From Macrostomum hystrix (taxonomy: Eukaryota > Animalia > Platyhelminthes): a stretch of DNA of 64,000 nt. Where the stretch lies: contig CATNEN010000002.1 of assembly GCA_950097015.1 (NCBI GenBank), positions 7,440,001 to 7,504,000 on the forward strand, given 5' to 3'. The position numbers and the translations under genes were made by a program. Positions within the stretch are counted from its first letter, which is position 1, and each line of letters opens with the position of its first letter. Below the pieces are notes generated by a model. The model worked only from the letters and a program-made list of their open reading frames with translations. It did no database searches and was not told the DNA's origin. Shown one piece after another: positions 27,301-38,140 of the stretch.

Positions 27301-28655
27301 CACATATTTTAGTGTTGTTATTGACATGACATGTAATAACTTTACTTCAGTATTGAGTGATAATGTGACAAAATGCATATCAATAAACAAAAAAATTAGC
27401 AATAAAAAATAAGTGACAGATCTGAGGTGCAGGTCATAGATTACAATTGATTCATATTTTTAAAGACGAAGACAGAGACAAAGCAGATCATTCAGTTTTG
27501 TGGTGAGTTGCTTGTTGAGTTATATTATTTCAAGGACGAACCATTTAATAAAGTGTCAAATAATATTAATGATAAATTAAAGGTAGTTAGCACTAAATAC
27601 TCTATTTCCCACATATATACTCACAAATCTTAAATTAAACTATTGGAATAGTATATGTTCTGAGGTTCAAAAAAGTTGTGAAAAAAATGACTAAACAAAT
27701 TGTTGGCAGCTAAAATTAATCTTTCTATTAAGAATTATCTGTTAGAATGAGAAAATAAAGTAAAATAGTAAGAGATAAGAAATTTTTACAGGTTAGAGTT
27801 CCAGGATATAGTAAAAATAACAGAAAATTATAATAATGAAATTGGATACAGCATAATAATATTAGACTATAAGGTAATTACATTATACATATCAGAGGAG
27901 ATTGGCTATATATTGGAAAAGGCTAGAATAATATAAACTGAATTAGAAACAGTTGGCAAAGGGTCATATCTGGCTTGTAGCCTAGTAGCTAATACTATAG
28001 TTAACTTTGTAAATAAAAGGTTCTAGTATTCTAGAAAAGTAATCATATACTGTCTATATTTTACTTCTTTTCCATTTTAATTTTTTTATCATACTGATAA
28101 CAATTTTACTTAGTTAAACTTTCAGAAATGATATTATGACATAACATATGTTGAATTTTATATTTAGCTAGCCAGCTATATATTGAAACATCTCATCCCA
28201 CTTTATATAACATCCCATGAATTATATAGAACATTTTTGAGACTGCCTTAACATTTAAAATCTTGAACATAATAGTGCAATACTAAGATAAATTTGATTG
28301 CCCAGCTGTATATACATATACACAACAGTAATTTATCTAAAAATGTAAAGTGAAGCAGAAAACTTATCTTGTAACTACAAAATATCAAGGAAAATGATCC
28401 GTTTTAACATTAAATGATAGCTAAAGGCTTTGACAATGCTGAGTGATAGCTCAATATAATAAAGATACAAAATTACAATATAAAATCGAAAAATTTAATA
28501 TAAAATTATAACAGCCATTGAGGAATGAAAATGACTTACTTTCCAATAATCTCTAGCATTTGGTAGACATCATCAAATAAGACATCAGGATCGGCAGGAC
28601 TATGAACTGAATTAGAGTTGGAACCTTGGTAACTGTTTCCTCTGTTATAATCCAT
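361..28655 (-). CDS. CASK: Peripheral plasma membrane protein CASK (CaMK-like domain, L27 x2, PDZ); 5' 600 codons, SH3/GK exons lie beyond the window start
   Basis: Exons in transcript order, all GT-AG and phase-consistent: 28540-28655 (MDYNRG...[19 protein letters not shown]), 27013-27125 (GPFSIVRKC...SSPGLSTA), 26822-26927 ([14 protein letters not shown]...MLYMVFEY), 17321-17398 ([22 protein letters not shown]), 17023-17198 (HYMRQILEA...HRDLKPHC...KLGGFG), 11665-11840 ([11 protein letters not shown]), 10344-10647 ([14 protein letters not shown]), 8173-8291 (L27: [11 protein letters not shown]), 6214-6390, 2312-2500 (ALLQAHDV...[15 protein letters not shown]), 1962-2040 (PDZ: GITLKM...[11 protein letters not shown]), 1076-1161 ([13 protein letters not shown]), 361-441 ([14 protein letters not shown]). 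Total 1800 nt. Matches CASK/LIN-2 as recalled. Confidence 0.97.
770..992. repeat. Minisatellite, 21-bp unit TAATCTGTCAGACATTCTACA
   Basis: About 10 copies. Confidence 0.95.
1266..1900. repeat. Minisatellite, 18-bp unit GTGACAATAGATGAAGGT
   Basis: About 35 near-perfect copies filling the CASK intron 1162-1961. Confidence 0.97.
2600..3100. repeat. Minisatellite, 18-bp unit AGATAGAGGATGAGAGGT
   Basis: About 27 copies. Confidence 0.95.
3570..4678. repeat. Minisatellite, mixed 25/20-bp units AGAAATGGCATCTAG(TCTAG)AT(AG/TC)T
   Basis: More than 40 units with TCTAGA palindromic cores. Confidence 0.95.
5133..5449 (-). mobile_element. tRNA-derived SINE, family A
   Basis: Clearly similar to copies at 18372, 33433, 42311 and 44622; B-box-like GAGCTCGATTCC; (ATT)n tail. 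Confidence 0.8.
6480..7062. repeat. Minisatellite, 35-bp unit GGGATTTATGACAGGTTGGGATTTTGATTTGGAGT
   Basis: About 16 copies, degenerate towards the exon at 6390. Confidence 0.93.
7655..8132. repeat. Minisatellite, 22-bp unit CCTGAAGCACTCCACTGTCTAC
   Basis: About 21 copies ending about 40 bp from the donor at 8172. Confidence 0.95.
8750..9300. repeat. Minisatellite, 21-bp unit CATCCCTGCAATCAGTTCCCA
   Basis: About 26 copies. Confidence 0.96.
10740..11635. repeat. Degenerate minisatellite, about 25-bp unit TAGATTATAAATCTAGATAGATCCC
   Basis: Fills nearly the whole CASK intron 10648-11664. Confidence 0.93.
12050..12413 (+). mobile_element. 3' end of a non-LTR retrotransposon (Cys/His knuckle, 3'UTR, short A tail)
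   Basis: Translation [19 protein letters not shown]...[13 protein letters not shown] resembles the HxLCxCP...RxRxLG...ILxFLR C-terminus of RNase H-bearing LINE ORF2; stop, GC-rich UTR, A6 at 12408-12413. Confidence 0.55.
13100..14395. repeat. Minisatellite, 48-bp unit ACTATTGTAGCTTCGATTCCTTCCTGCGATTCTGGCTACGACAAGAGT
   Basis: About 27 copies; generates the spurious [16 protein letters not shown] ORFs. Confidence 0.96.
14940..15240. repeat. Degenerate minisatellite, 20-bp unit GGAAACAGGGGATAAACCCA
   Basis: About 13 copies. Confidence 0.88.
15730..16975. repeat. Minisatellite, 21-bp unit GGATTACCGATCAGAATCCTA(G)
   Basis: About 59 copies ending about 50 bp from the donor at 17022. Confidence 0.96.
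17911..18090. repeat. Dispersed ~180-bp repeat, copy 1
   Basis: Shares GATCTACGTCTCAACAACTATCACAATGC...GGCGCTCATTGTGGGCTCGGAGAGACG with 19047-19232. Confidence 0.85.
18255..18727 (-). mobile_element. tRNA-headed SINE family B, split by the family A insertion
   Basis: Minus strand: TAGCCCAGTGG (A box) ... GTTCGAATT (B box) ... AAGACACTTAA at 18727-18630, resuming below 18371 with CCAGCATTAGCTG...CCAGTCCATAGACTGAACAG, matching 44724-45004. Confidence 0.7.
18372..18629 (+). mobile_element. 5'-truncated SINE family A with 11-bp target-site duplication
   Basis: Body matches other A copies, (ATT)-rich tail, flanked by TTAAGTGTCTT at 18361-18371 and 18630-18640. Confidence 0.85.
19047..19232. repeat. 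Dispersed ~180-bp repeat, copy 2 (direct orientation)
   Basis: See copy 1. Confidence 0.85.
20785..21052. repeat. Minisatellite, 30-bp unit GAGCATTATGGCTGGTCTCTAACACTCCCA
   Basis: About 8-9 copies. Confidence 0.95.
23140..23590. repeat. Tandem repeat, 81-bp unit
   Basis: About 5.5 copies; contains the AATGTACATT palindrome. Confidence 0.96.
24675..25670. repeat. Minisatellite, 16-bp unit GATAATAAACCTGAGG
   Basis: About 60 copies. Confidence 0.96.
25735..26002. repeat. Minisatellite, 27-bp unit CAACCTGAGGTTCAGTAACCTGAGATA
   Basis: About 10 copies. Confidence 0.96.
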
Positions 28656-28920
28656 CTTTTGAGTGAAACTGTTTCAGATATGCTAGCAGGTTCCAGAAAA
28701 AGCTGAAAATCTGTTTAAAATAAGCTTTATCGAAAAGTATTACTGAAATTTTCTCAATACTAATTCATAACCAGAACAAAGAGCTTTTTAAAACAGCTTT
28801 TTAAATGACTTAACAGTTTTTGCTTTATGGGACAAAAGGTACACTTATGAGTATTATGAGTATTTTAGTATGAAATAAGAAATATTAAGACTGTTTTTAT
28901 CTATATCAATAAACTAGACA

Positions 28921-29620
28921 CGAAATAATCTGCAGTCACAAAAATATTTCTGACAAATTCAGGGAACTTGAAAGCTTCGATGAGTAAATCTAATTAAAGT
29001 TTTTCACGTAAATTAGTCTTTCTTACTTTTACCGCATAAATGAACAGAATATTAATTACGGCATGAGGTTAATTTTTTCCTTTATATCAAATAAATTTTC
29101 TTTGAATTCAGAAAAGAAACAAATTTGTCCTTACAGAACCGTAATAGGCCACTACTTTAATTTTTCAGATGTAACGTCACATTAGAAAAATTAAAATAAA
29201 TGATTAAGATAAAACGTGAATAAAAATAAAAAACTGAAGTCGCAATCCGTTTTTTTTTTTAAAATACTAACAGAAGCCGCATTCTTTTTTCAGAACTAGC
29301 CTATTCCACACGGCACTCATGTTAAATCAATTATGCATGATTTTCCTCCAAAAAAAAATCATTCTTAATTTTTTGGGGCTAAGACATCCCCGAATTGTCT
29401 TGAGTTACGAGTTCAATATGTCATATCAAACTCATTATCATGCTGTCATATTACATCACTAGATTTCACTTGACAGAATGCGCTAATAAAACGTCATTTA
29501 AGTAGACTGCACATATACACCGACCTTACTTGTATAGTTTTCTGAAAAACTACGTTATATGAATTATTTTCACGCGAATTTTAGCAGGAAACTTACATTT
29601 CTATCTGGTACGTTAGGGCA
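28921..29620. promoter_or_regulatory. Putative CASK promoter region (AT-rich but CpG-retaining)
   Basis: About 20 CpG in 700 bp directly upstream of the first coding exon, next to a CpG-poor block. Positional inference only. Confidence 0.35.
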
Positions 29621-29639
29621 TCCGAATTTTTACCTACAG

Positions 29640-29840
29640 AATAGGTCTGCAATTTGATTCTCAGTCTAAGAGAGAAAATTTATGTGCTTGAGCAACACAC
29701 ATAATTCCTCAGTGCGATCAGCTCAACTCTAAGCTGCGAATATGGTACCGACTTGGGGTCCATTTTTTTTGTTTGGCGGCCTTCCCAGTTTACGCACTGA
29801 GCATAGCTCTTGGAAGGCTGTGCTACTATAGCTGCTGGGC
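29640..29840 (+). mobile_element. Possible degraded family B-like SINE
   Basis: GTGCTTGAGCAACACACATAA...AAGCTGCGAATATGGTACC resembles the CORE-like segment of 44724-45004. Confidence 0.35.
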
Positions 29841-30842
29841 ACAAGCTCTTGAACATTTAGTAAAATTGGTACTCATTTTCTATAGTAAGAATAACACCCA
29901 TGGATATGCAAGTATACCAGCAACCAATTCAATTTAGAAAGTACAGATAAAACTACCAGCGTCAAGTGCAGCTGTGTTCTCTTAGGAGTCCAAGCAAAAC
30001 TTAATAAAATAGAAACACTAATGTTCAAACTGCGCTCAACTCACCTCACATGAAATCGATAAAACCGCCCACGGGTTCAGGACAACGGCTGAAGGGAATG
30101 GTGTATGAAGTTAAATACAACTGGTAGAATGCATGCCCCAATTGCAGTCCCAATAGCAATCGTCAGGCACAGAAAAATTCCTTAATCAGACGGATCACCT
30201 GCTCACAACTATTAAGGGTATGTTTTAAGGTCTTTTTCCTTGGAACGGACTGGCGATTCGACAGTAAAGGCATTGTTTGGCTCAAAGATCTGAATTTTGC
30301 TGAGCACCTCCGCGGTCCCTGCTGCAGGCGGTCTCGAGGGAAGCTTAGACTCGGCGCAGACTATTTGGCCTTCCAGCTGGAATCGCCGGCGACTGCAGAG
30401 CAATTAACCGCGACTGGAGTTGCCTCGTTAGTGACTCAAACATCAAACACAATTGACTTGCTGTTCGAGCGAGTCCGTCAACCTCCAGTTATTGGTTCCG
30501 CTTGCAGGTACCCGACGTCAGGTACGATCACCGATCAGTTGCCTGGCTGTAAGCGCCTTAGTAGAAAATTGCGGTCTCGTCTCGTCTTGTTTCTCGAAGA
30601 AATGCTGTCGGGCTGGTACCGGTGGGAAGAAAGGGCAGTGACAGACAAAGTGCTGAGCATCTTCGTTGCCGTATACTCACAAAAGAGAAAGCGATTACTC
30701 TCAAGATGAAAACAAAGCTTAACATAAGAAACAAAATTGCACTACGAGCAGTAGGACATTTAAGGTGCCAGGCTGAATCTCACTCGAACGGGTCACGAAG
30801 GGGTTGGCCCTCATAGATGTAAACTATACGCTAAACCCAAAG

Positions 30843-32108
30843 CTTTCTCCCCGCGAACGAGCGCCAAGCGATTGTCTCACATGCGAGAGTCCAGCGCGTA
30901 ACCATTCCGCCACTCAGCACCGCAGGTATGAGAAGGTAAATCCACGATAACCCTGATTATATTACTAATACCCTCTACAATTCATTGCACACTTCTGTGA
31001 ATCGTCAAATTTTTCGTTCCGCTTAAAACAACGTTCAACTTCTGAATGAAATTCACTGCAACAGAGAAGCTGCTGCTGAAAATCTGCAGCCAGTGCTCCA
31101 ACTTTGAAAGCTCCCGCTGCACTGGCGCTCTCGACGGCAACAGAAATCAGCTTTGGACTTTAACAACTCACAGTACCACCAGCTGTGAGTTTGTTTGTTT
31201 GTTTGTTTGTTTGTTTGTTCGGTAGTTAGGTAGTTATATAGGCAAATGGCCGCGGATAAGCATTAGTATATTATTAGTGTCTAAAAATGTCATCGATACC
31301 TTAAAAGCAGTGATTAAATAACAAATTGATTGGCAATTTTTCACTGAAATCGAATAATCCATTGAGAAGTACGATTAAAACAGTATTAGCCTGGATATTG
31401 TAAGAAGTGTCCATTGCGAATGAGATTTGCAGCTCAAACAAGAGCTTTGCAAGCTCACAAACCCACTACAATACACGCGCAGACAATATTCCATACAGGC
31501 AAGAGCCTTCAAAGGCAATCCTCTTCAAAAGTTACTCCATTTGTTTTCGAGCTTTAACTTATACTCGTAGCCTGAGCATAAGCCCGATTGTTTGTTGCGC
31601 ATGAGTGGTTCAGAATACATTCAAAAGCCAAGCTTCTTCTAAAGCAGCATAAATGATGGAAACGAAAGACAAAAGTTAAAAGATTGTCAGCGAAAACTGA
31701 AAATTTTTTCCCTTGCAGCAGAACGCGGATGACAAGCGCTTGTCCCGCCATGCCATCACCCGGTGCTCTGCTTGTGCCGCCATCGAGTCAGAGTGCGAGC
31801 TACGCTGCACCCTGATCCACGACTGCCAGCTTTCTGTGTACTTGATGAGTAGCGCCATCTGCTACAGCGTCTCTCTGACCTCAACAACAGCAGCTCCTTT
31901 AACAGCGTCAACCACAAGTACCACGGCTAAGATGCCGTCAACAGCTGTAACTGAAGCTTCGTCGATCGCGACAACCCTATCGAACATTCCAAATGGGCTG
32001 GCTATTGCACAATTTGATAGGACGAATCCTTTGCTAGCTCTGCAGATTCAGTCACCGCTGGCAAGCGGCTGCACACCAGAAGCCATTGTTCGTAGGAAGC
32101 TCAATTAA
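30843..32108 (+). CDS. Candidate fragmentary gene: possible PAN/Apple-like Cys motif, Ser/Thr-rich stalk and an ALDGN motif
   Basis: Putative exons 30843-30925 (gca g|gtatga), 31065-31184 (KICSQCSNFESSRCTGALDGNRNQLWT, t|gtgagt) and about 31720-32108 (CSAC...ECELRCTLIHDCQLSVYLMSSAICY followed by a Thr-rich run). The first two join in frame; the link to the third and a start codon could not be established. Confidence 0.3.
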
Positions 32109-33316
32109 GCATAATTTGTTGGAGAGCGTGACAGGAAAAATAATGAATACTAATTTATACATTTCAAGTCTTTCATGGTCATTTCATATGGAAATCGTTT
32201 TCCATAAACTTCTCTGACAATTCATTGGATTGATTAGACTATGGCCAAACCATATTCGGCAAGTGTCAAACGAAAGTTAATTATTTGCTTATCGGTAAAA
32301 ACTGCGCATTAGAAATCAGCAAGATAAAGTGACTAAAAAATGTGTTCACATTAAAAAACTGTTTTACTTTGCTTTACTTTTAATGCACTATAGGAAGACC
32401 TAAAATTTATGAAGCGATGGAAAAAGTTTTAATGTTTATTCTTTCAAACACAGTTTAAGCAGCGTTAGCAGACAATGTCAGTATGTGAAAATTCATCATC
32501 ATTAGCGAGGCCTGGACGTGTACAAGTTAATGAAAGTTTGTTAGAAAAACAGCTGAAACTGACTCACTGCGAGCAGACAATGGGTCCAAAAGGTGCTCAA
32601 AATTTAGCAAAAATGATTTGCGAAAATGACCACTGCCGTATCGAGGCATCAGAATAATCCTAAAGGAACAGAATTTCACAACCGAATGCCCAATCGTTTC
32701 GCACTTTGGCTTGGCTTACAAATTGCTTAATACGCTTTGGATATGACTTCAGCAGTATTTGGCATTCAATCACAGATAAAAAGATAAAATAGTAAAAACC
32801 TACTTCACAAAACACAAATAAAAGGTTTTAATGATCATAACAGGAAAGCAAACGAAAAAATAACAAAAAATGATTTCGTAAAAATAAACTATTTTAATAG
32901 CACAGCTGAGATACGAAGCCGTGCTGGATCAACTTGCATGCGGCTAATTTCGCGGCAAAAGCTGTATAAAAACACAAATAATTGATCCTAGCTTGTTCGT
33001 CTGCGAAACATCAAAAATGTGATTATTTCTTAAGCATTCTTAGCAGCGTGAGACTCTCAGAGGGTATACGGCGGCCTTCACAAGCGGCCTGAGAGGGTAT
33101 AAAATGGTAACAATTAAAATAAAAGAGCAAATCGGTTGGTCAAATTCTTGTTTAAAATTTCAAAGTATCCAAGTAGCCAAAAAGTGACTATATTTATAAA
33201 CTTAATTTGATCGATGCACCAATAAAAATGTACTAAAATGGCTCGTAACAGACAGCAGCATGCAAGGTCCGAGCGACCGGCATTCCTCAAATCGTTCCGG
33301 TGTGGATGGCGCGAAT

Positions 33317-36300
33317 TCAAATTGTCAGGCAGATGGCGAAGAACTGAAAGCGCGGTAAACGTTGCTCAAGTTGATTTTGATCTGCTTCTCGAGAGAATAT
33401 GAAAAAAGAACTGATTAATTAAATTTTAACCTTTGCAGGTGGGTTGTGGGCACTGTCATACCACTCGTTGACAGTCATGCAATTCTGCCCCTTCCGCTGA
33501 CTCCTGAGCACACACTCACACAGGTGTGTACATCTGCCCTGACTTTCCCATCGTCAGAGAGAGTACACTTTCACTGTGCCCTCAATGGCGTAAATTGCAC
33601 GACAAGCCCCCAAGCCTTCTCTCCATGGCTGCGCCCCAATTTAATGCGGCCTCGCCGTGGAATCGAGCTCATGGACCTTGGTGCGAGAGGCAAACGCGTT
33701 AACCACTTTGCCACTCACCCCCTGAGTCAATTCCATAAAAGTAAAACAAATTTGAATAATTTAAGAAAGTGTTTTCCAATTTTACGAAAAAATCCTAAAC
33801 TAGCCTCACCTGCTCCATGGTCATTTTAGCGTAGGCCTGACCCTTGGACACGCTTTGGTACAGGTGAAAGGTGCTTACAACTGCCGCCATCGCACGCACG
33901 AAGCCGGACAGGTCAAGACGATCATTGCGATCTGCGTAACGTCGCCGCAGAGACAGGACCTGAACGAAGGCGATGGGGTTCGAGCAAGATTGGTTGGACC
34001 TACCTGACTCTGAACTCTCTGCATTTGAGTGTGGTAAATCGTGTCATTTGTCGTGTACTTTAACTTTTTTGTTTGTTGGCATTGTGATCAGGCCGGTTTG
34101 CCCTGAGCGGCCACCTGATTGGCTGGGCACAGGCGTTGTCTCTCACCCCCTTTCCCAGCCCGGCGTGGCATTGCCCCTCCTGCCGATCAGCTCAGCGTAG
34201 CTTTGCCCGTCCATCCGGCCAGCGCGCACAACTCTACCCCTCCTTGCACGCTGGCGTCTTGACCTTGATGATGTGTGCACTGCTCCTGCGCCTATGGGAA
34301 GTTCAATTGTAACGACGATCTCAATTACTGCGAATAAACTAAACAGTCTGAGGTCGTCGACAGCAGTCAGACCTCTGACGCCCGCGAATTAAGTTGTTCC
34401 GCTTTAGTCTTTTGCCACTGGGGTCCAGTATCGCGACTTTAGTCAGCAGGGTCTGCGAGTTCGTGCGAGCCCGATTGCCAGTCGATTGCCAGCACACTCA
34501 GTGCGACAGTTGCTGGCAAGTAGAGGACAGAATTGTTGAGCCTCCCTGCTCGTAAGGCAAGACCAGCTGGTCCATCTCGGGACACAACAGAGTCATCACA
34601 GCAGCTCACCTGAGTGGGATGCACGCGGTAGCTCGCCTTGCTCAGCGCGGCCTGCAGCTCGGCGCTGTCGATCGATCCGCTCCTGTCACCGTCCGACTCA
34701 AAGAACAGTCGCAGCCAGAAAACAATCAGCGACCACAGATAGTTGAACTGCGCAAACGACAGCTTGCCATTGTTGTTGACATCTGTAACGCTGATCAGCT
34801 GTTTGCAAGCGTCGATGCTGAGCTCCACGCGGCCGACGCTCGCCAGCATCTGCGGCAGGTGCTGCTGCAGCTCCCACGGATCCAGGGCCATGTCCGAGCC
34901 GGACTGCTGGGCGAAAATCTGTCGGAACTTGGTCTCGTCATACGCCAGGCGCTTCAGGGCTTCAATGGCCGACGACTCGGGTGGCGCGTTGCCTCGGCCT
35001 CGCGGCGGCTGCGGCTGCGGAGTCGGCGCTACAGGAGCTGGCGGCGTCTCTGTCACGGGAGTCGCTGACGACTCACGCTCAGTGTACACTCGCAGAAGGA
35101 AGCTGCCTGCCTATCAACGAATTAAAATTTGACGTATATTTTGCCTTTTCGCTCGAATTGGTTGAGGCTTTTGTTAGCATGAATTAAACCTCTTCTTAAA
35201 ACTATTGCTCATAGCCTGTACTCAGAGTCACGAGCTCAAATTGAGCCAACCCCACTCATGGTTAATTTTGTAGCGTACTATTCATTGGTTCCAGAGCTCC
35301 GTTTTCGATTGAAGCTTTTAAAGACTTGCGAAAACAATAGAATCTGAATATTCTCACCTGGTTGGGCTCAAAGGTGGATGGTACTATGACATAGTTGCCA
35401 GGCTGCAGGTTGAACCGTTTCACATATGAGCGCGAGTTGATGAAGTAGTCGCAAGCCGCAACGAATGCGTTGGTATTGAAAAACTCGCGCGGGAGCTGCT
35501 TGCCAACCATTCGCGGTGAGGTCACCTGGTACACCACAAAGCCAATCTGCAGGTAGTCTGTCTGACGTCTCACGCCTCGGTTGTCCTGCTCGGCGCGAGT
35601 GTCAATTGTTTCATTAATTTGGTGTTGAGAAATTTCATTGAGTTCGAAATCGAACCATAGCTGCATATGTATATATGCGTGTAGTTCGGTAACTTCAACG
35701 AGTCATCTACGTCATCTAGACAATCGGAAGACATAGGAACAGAAATGGTCGCCATTTACCATTTAGCAATACTTCTCTAACATTCCAACACCCAGACAAT
35801 CATTGTGCTTTGGTGATCGACTAAAGTGATATTGCCAAACAAGTCTTAAATAAATTTGGTCCTAACTGAAGCTTTGTAAAGCAACATTCGGCCTAAGCTT
35901 GCCATTCTATCACGGCCGCAATTACTTGCTGAAACTCCCCACGCTGCACCTTATCTATGAGAATTCCATAAATAATGAGCAATCCAGGTTTTTATCTGAC
36001 AAGAGTCTCATCCCTCACATTGACTTGGCCACGACCTCAGACGCATCGCTGTCTGTCGCTCGCTGTCTGATGGTCGGCCGGAGCGGGTATTTCCATCTTC
36101 CTCAAGGGAACAAATAACCTGCATCTTGATGAGAAAACCTCTACTTCTAGGTCAGAGTAATTACATGTACTCCGACAGTCAAGCCGCAATCGAGGCACTG
36201 AATGCCGTTAAAATGACATCTAAAACAGAGATCTCAAAGATTAAAACCCGCTCCACTTTTGCCTGAAGTTAACAGGGGAGTCTAACTACCTCTGATTTCT

Positions 36301-38140
36301 CTAAAAGAACTGATCTCATGAGGATGTGCATGGCCATCACTGGTCTTGGCTTCTTCCAGAGGCAAATCACACTCCAAATGAGCCTCTTCTCTTCTACCTT
36401 GGGGTTGCGATAGAGGCCTCGCGGGCTATTAGCCCTAAGCCTTCGCTAGTAGTTGGTAAAGCAGCCTCACCTTCTGCATGAGCCCGATGATGCAGGTGGC
36501 CAGATTGTCATCGTCGTCGTCGGAATCGACCAGTCGCACGTGAAACTGCGGATTGGTCCAGTGAGTGTCCCGACAGGCCGGCCGGCCGCCGGCTGTTTTG
36601 CCCGGCTGCCACTCGCCAGAAGTGGAGAGCACCGACCACCGCTTCGCTGAGTCGCTGCCAGCTTCGGGCGGAGCGTGGCACAGATCCAGCGAATCGAAGT
36701 TGGCCACGAAGTCCTCCCAGCGCATCCAGAATTCCCCATCGTCGCGCGCCACCAAGCCGAGAGCCTGGCGGGCGCTGGATCCCAGTTGGGACCACTCGGG
36801 ACTTCGGTCGCTCCAAGGACCGTTCCACTCAACTTTGTCGCCCCAGGGGTTGCGAACCCTGACCAGTGTGGTGAGGCTGTTGCGGTTGGACTGGTCTGTG
36901 AGGCGCAGCTGCCGGATGTCGTTGATGGTGTAGGCGTGTCCGGCAACCAGTCCGTTGGACAGGATTTTTCCCGTTAGCGTAATTTGGCCGGGGCCCTGAT
37001 TTCATGATTTTATGACGGTATGAAGTTGCAGCACTTAGACTAACCCTGATCTTTATAGAATTGTAGGTACTCGGAAAAGTAAGCCTTCCGGACATTGACT
37101 GTCTTAAAAAAGGGCTCGTGGATTCCACACTATGGCGTAGCCAGGATTAAAAATTTGGAGCAGTTCAATTAACCGCAGCAATTACCTCGGAGTGTGGCGC
37201 CAAGGCTTTGGGAGGGAACACAGCTGGGAATTTTAGGGGATCGGTCATGCGATTGCGGGGCGGAAGCGTGCGGCCCCTTCAATTCCACTCTTGCTCCCAA
37301 CCTGTTGGTGCCGACGACAATCAATCATGCACCATCCACTAACCTTGTTGTCGATAATCCCGGCACCGACTAACGAGTTCCTTTCAAACGCCTGGAACAG
37401 ATACCGCGGCACAACTGAAAGGCTCGCTACGTTTGTGCGTGTCAGATTGAACGATTCAGACAAGCCGCCAGTGAAGTCATCCAGAGCGTCGCCAATGAGG
37501 CCGCCAGAGAGGCTCTCATAGCAGCCGAACAGCTTGGCGTAGGCCTTCTCAACCAGAGCGCTCCAGAACTCGCGCTTCTCAGCCGAGTGAATGTACACAA
37601 GCTCGCCCTGATTGGTTGGCAGTCGGTCGTCAATGATCACCTCCACCCAGCGACCGAAGCGAAAGAAGCGAAATCGGAAGACTCCGCAATAGCCCTGGCG
37701 GGGATCCAGCGTCTGTCCTGGTGGCACCACACGCTGGAGAGCTTCGCCATGATCGGCTAGAGCTGCGAGGGCCGCCACAACCCAGCAGTCGCCGAGTTCG
37801 CCCTGGGAGTTTGCAGAGAATCTCGGATTGGTTAGTATTTGATGGTTTTCAACATGACGTTGACAATTAAGTTCTTTTATGGCATTAGCATGGCATCTGA
37901 ACTGCTCAGCTCATACTTGCACACCTGGTTGAGGTCGAATCTGCTGTATCCATCATCAACGAATGTGGCCTCCTGGCCGTACCGCTTCGCGATCTCAAAC
38001 GGCCGCATCCAGGTCATGGGGTAGGGCGGCCGCTGCGAGAAGAACAAGCTGACATCGTTTGCTGGGAACTCCGGGTCCTCGTACAGCACGCGCCGCCTCA
38101 GACAGGAGTCCACTATGGAGCGATACTTTGAGTCGGCCAT
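33317..38140 (-). CDS. Classical calpain (CysPc protease core, domain III/CBSW, penta-EF-hand), about 701 aa
   Basis: Exons 37925-38140 (MADSKY...LYEDPEFPA...FDLNQ; GCCATGG start context), 37344-37802 (GELGDCW, catalytic Cys), 36471-36995 (GHAY, RNPWG; WTNPQF), 35358-35585 (PGNYVIVPSTFEPNQ), 34610-35110 (EF hands DVNNNGKLSFAQF, DGDRSGSIDSAEL), 33810-33959 (RRYADRNDRLDLSGF), 33317-33343 (FFAICLTI*). All GT-AG, total 2106 nt. The start codon is uncertain because the frame is open up to an acceptor at 38175. Confidence 0.95.
33433..33722 (-). mobile_element. SINE family A, near full length, in the last calpain intron
   Basis: Minus strand begins GGGTGAGTGGCAAAGTGGTTAACGCG (A box TGGCAAAGTGG), then B box GAGCTCGATTCC; body shared with other copies. 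Confidence 0.85.
36153..36380 (+). mobile_element. Non-LTR retrotransposon RNase H remnant in a calpain intron
   Basis: YMYSDSQAAIEALNAVKMTSK (from 36162) matches the IYSDSQAAIxAL motif of non-LTR RNase H; downstream DLMRMCMAITG resembles the LxxLTGH segment. Confidence 0.6.

Noticed and set aside
34619-37633. Plus-strand ORFs overlapping calpain (likewise antisense ORFs over Argonaute and PPP1R3)
   Set aside because: Shadow frames of GC3-rich exons.
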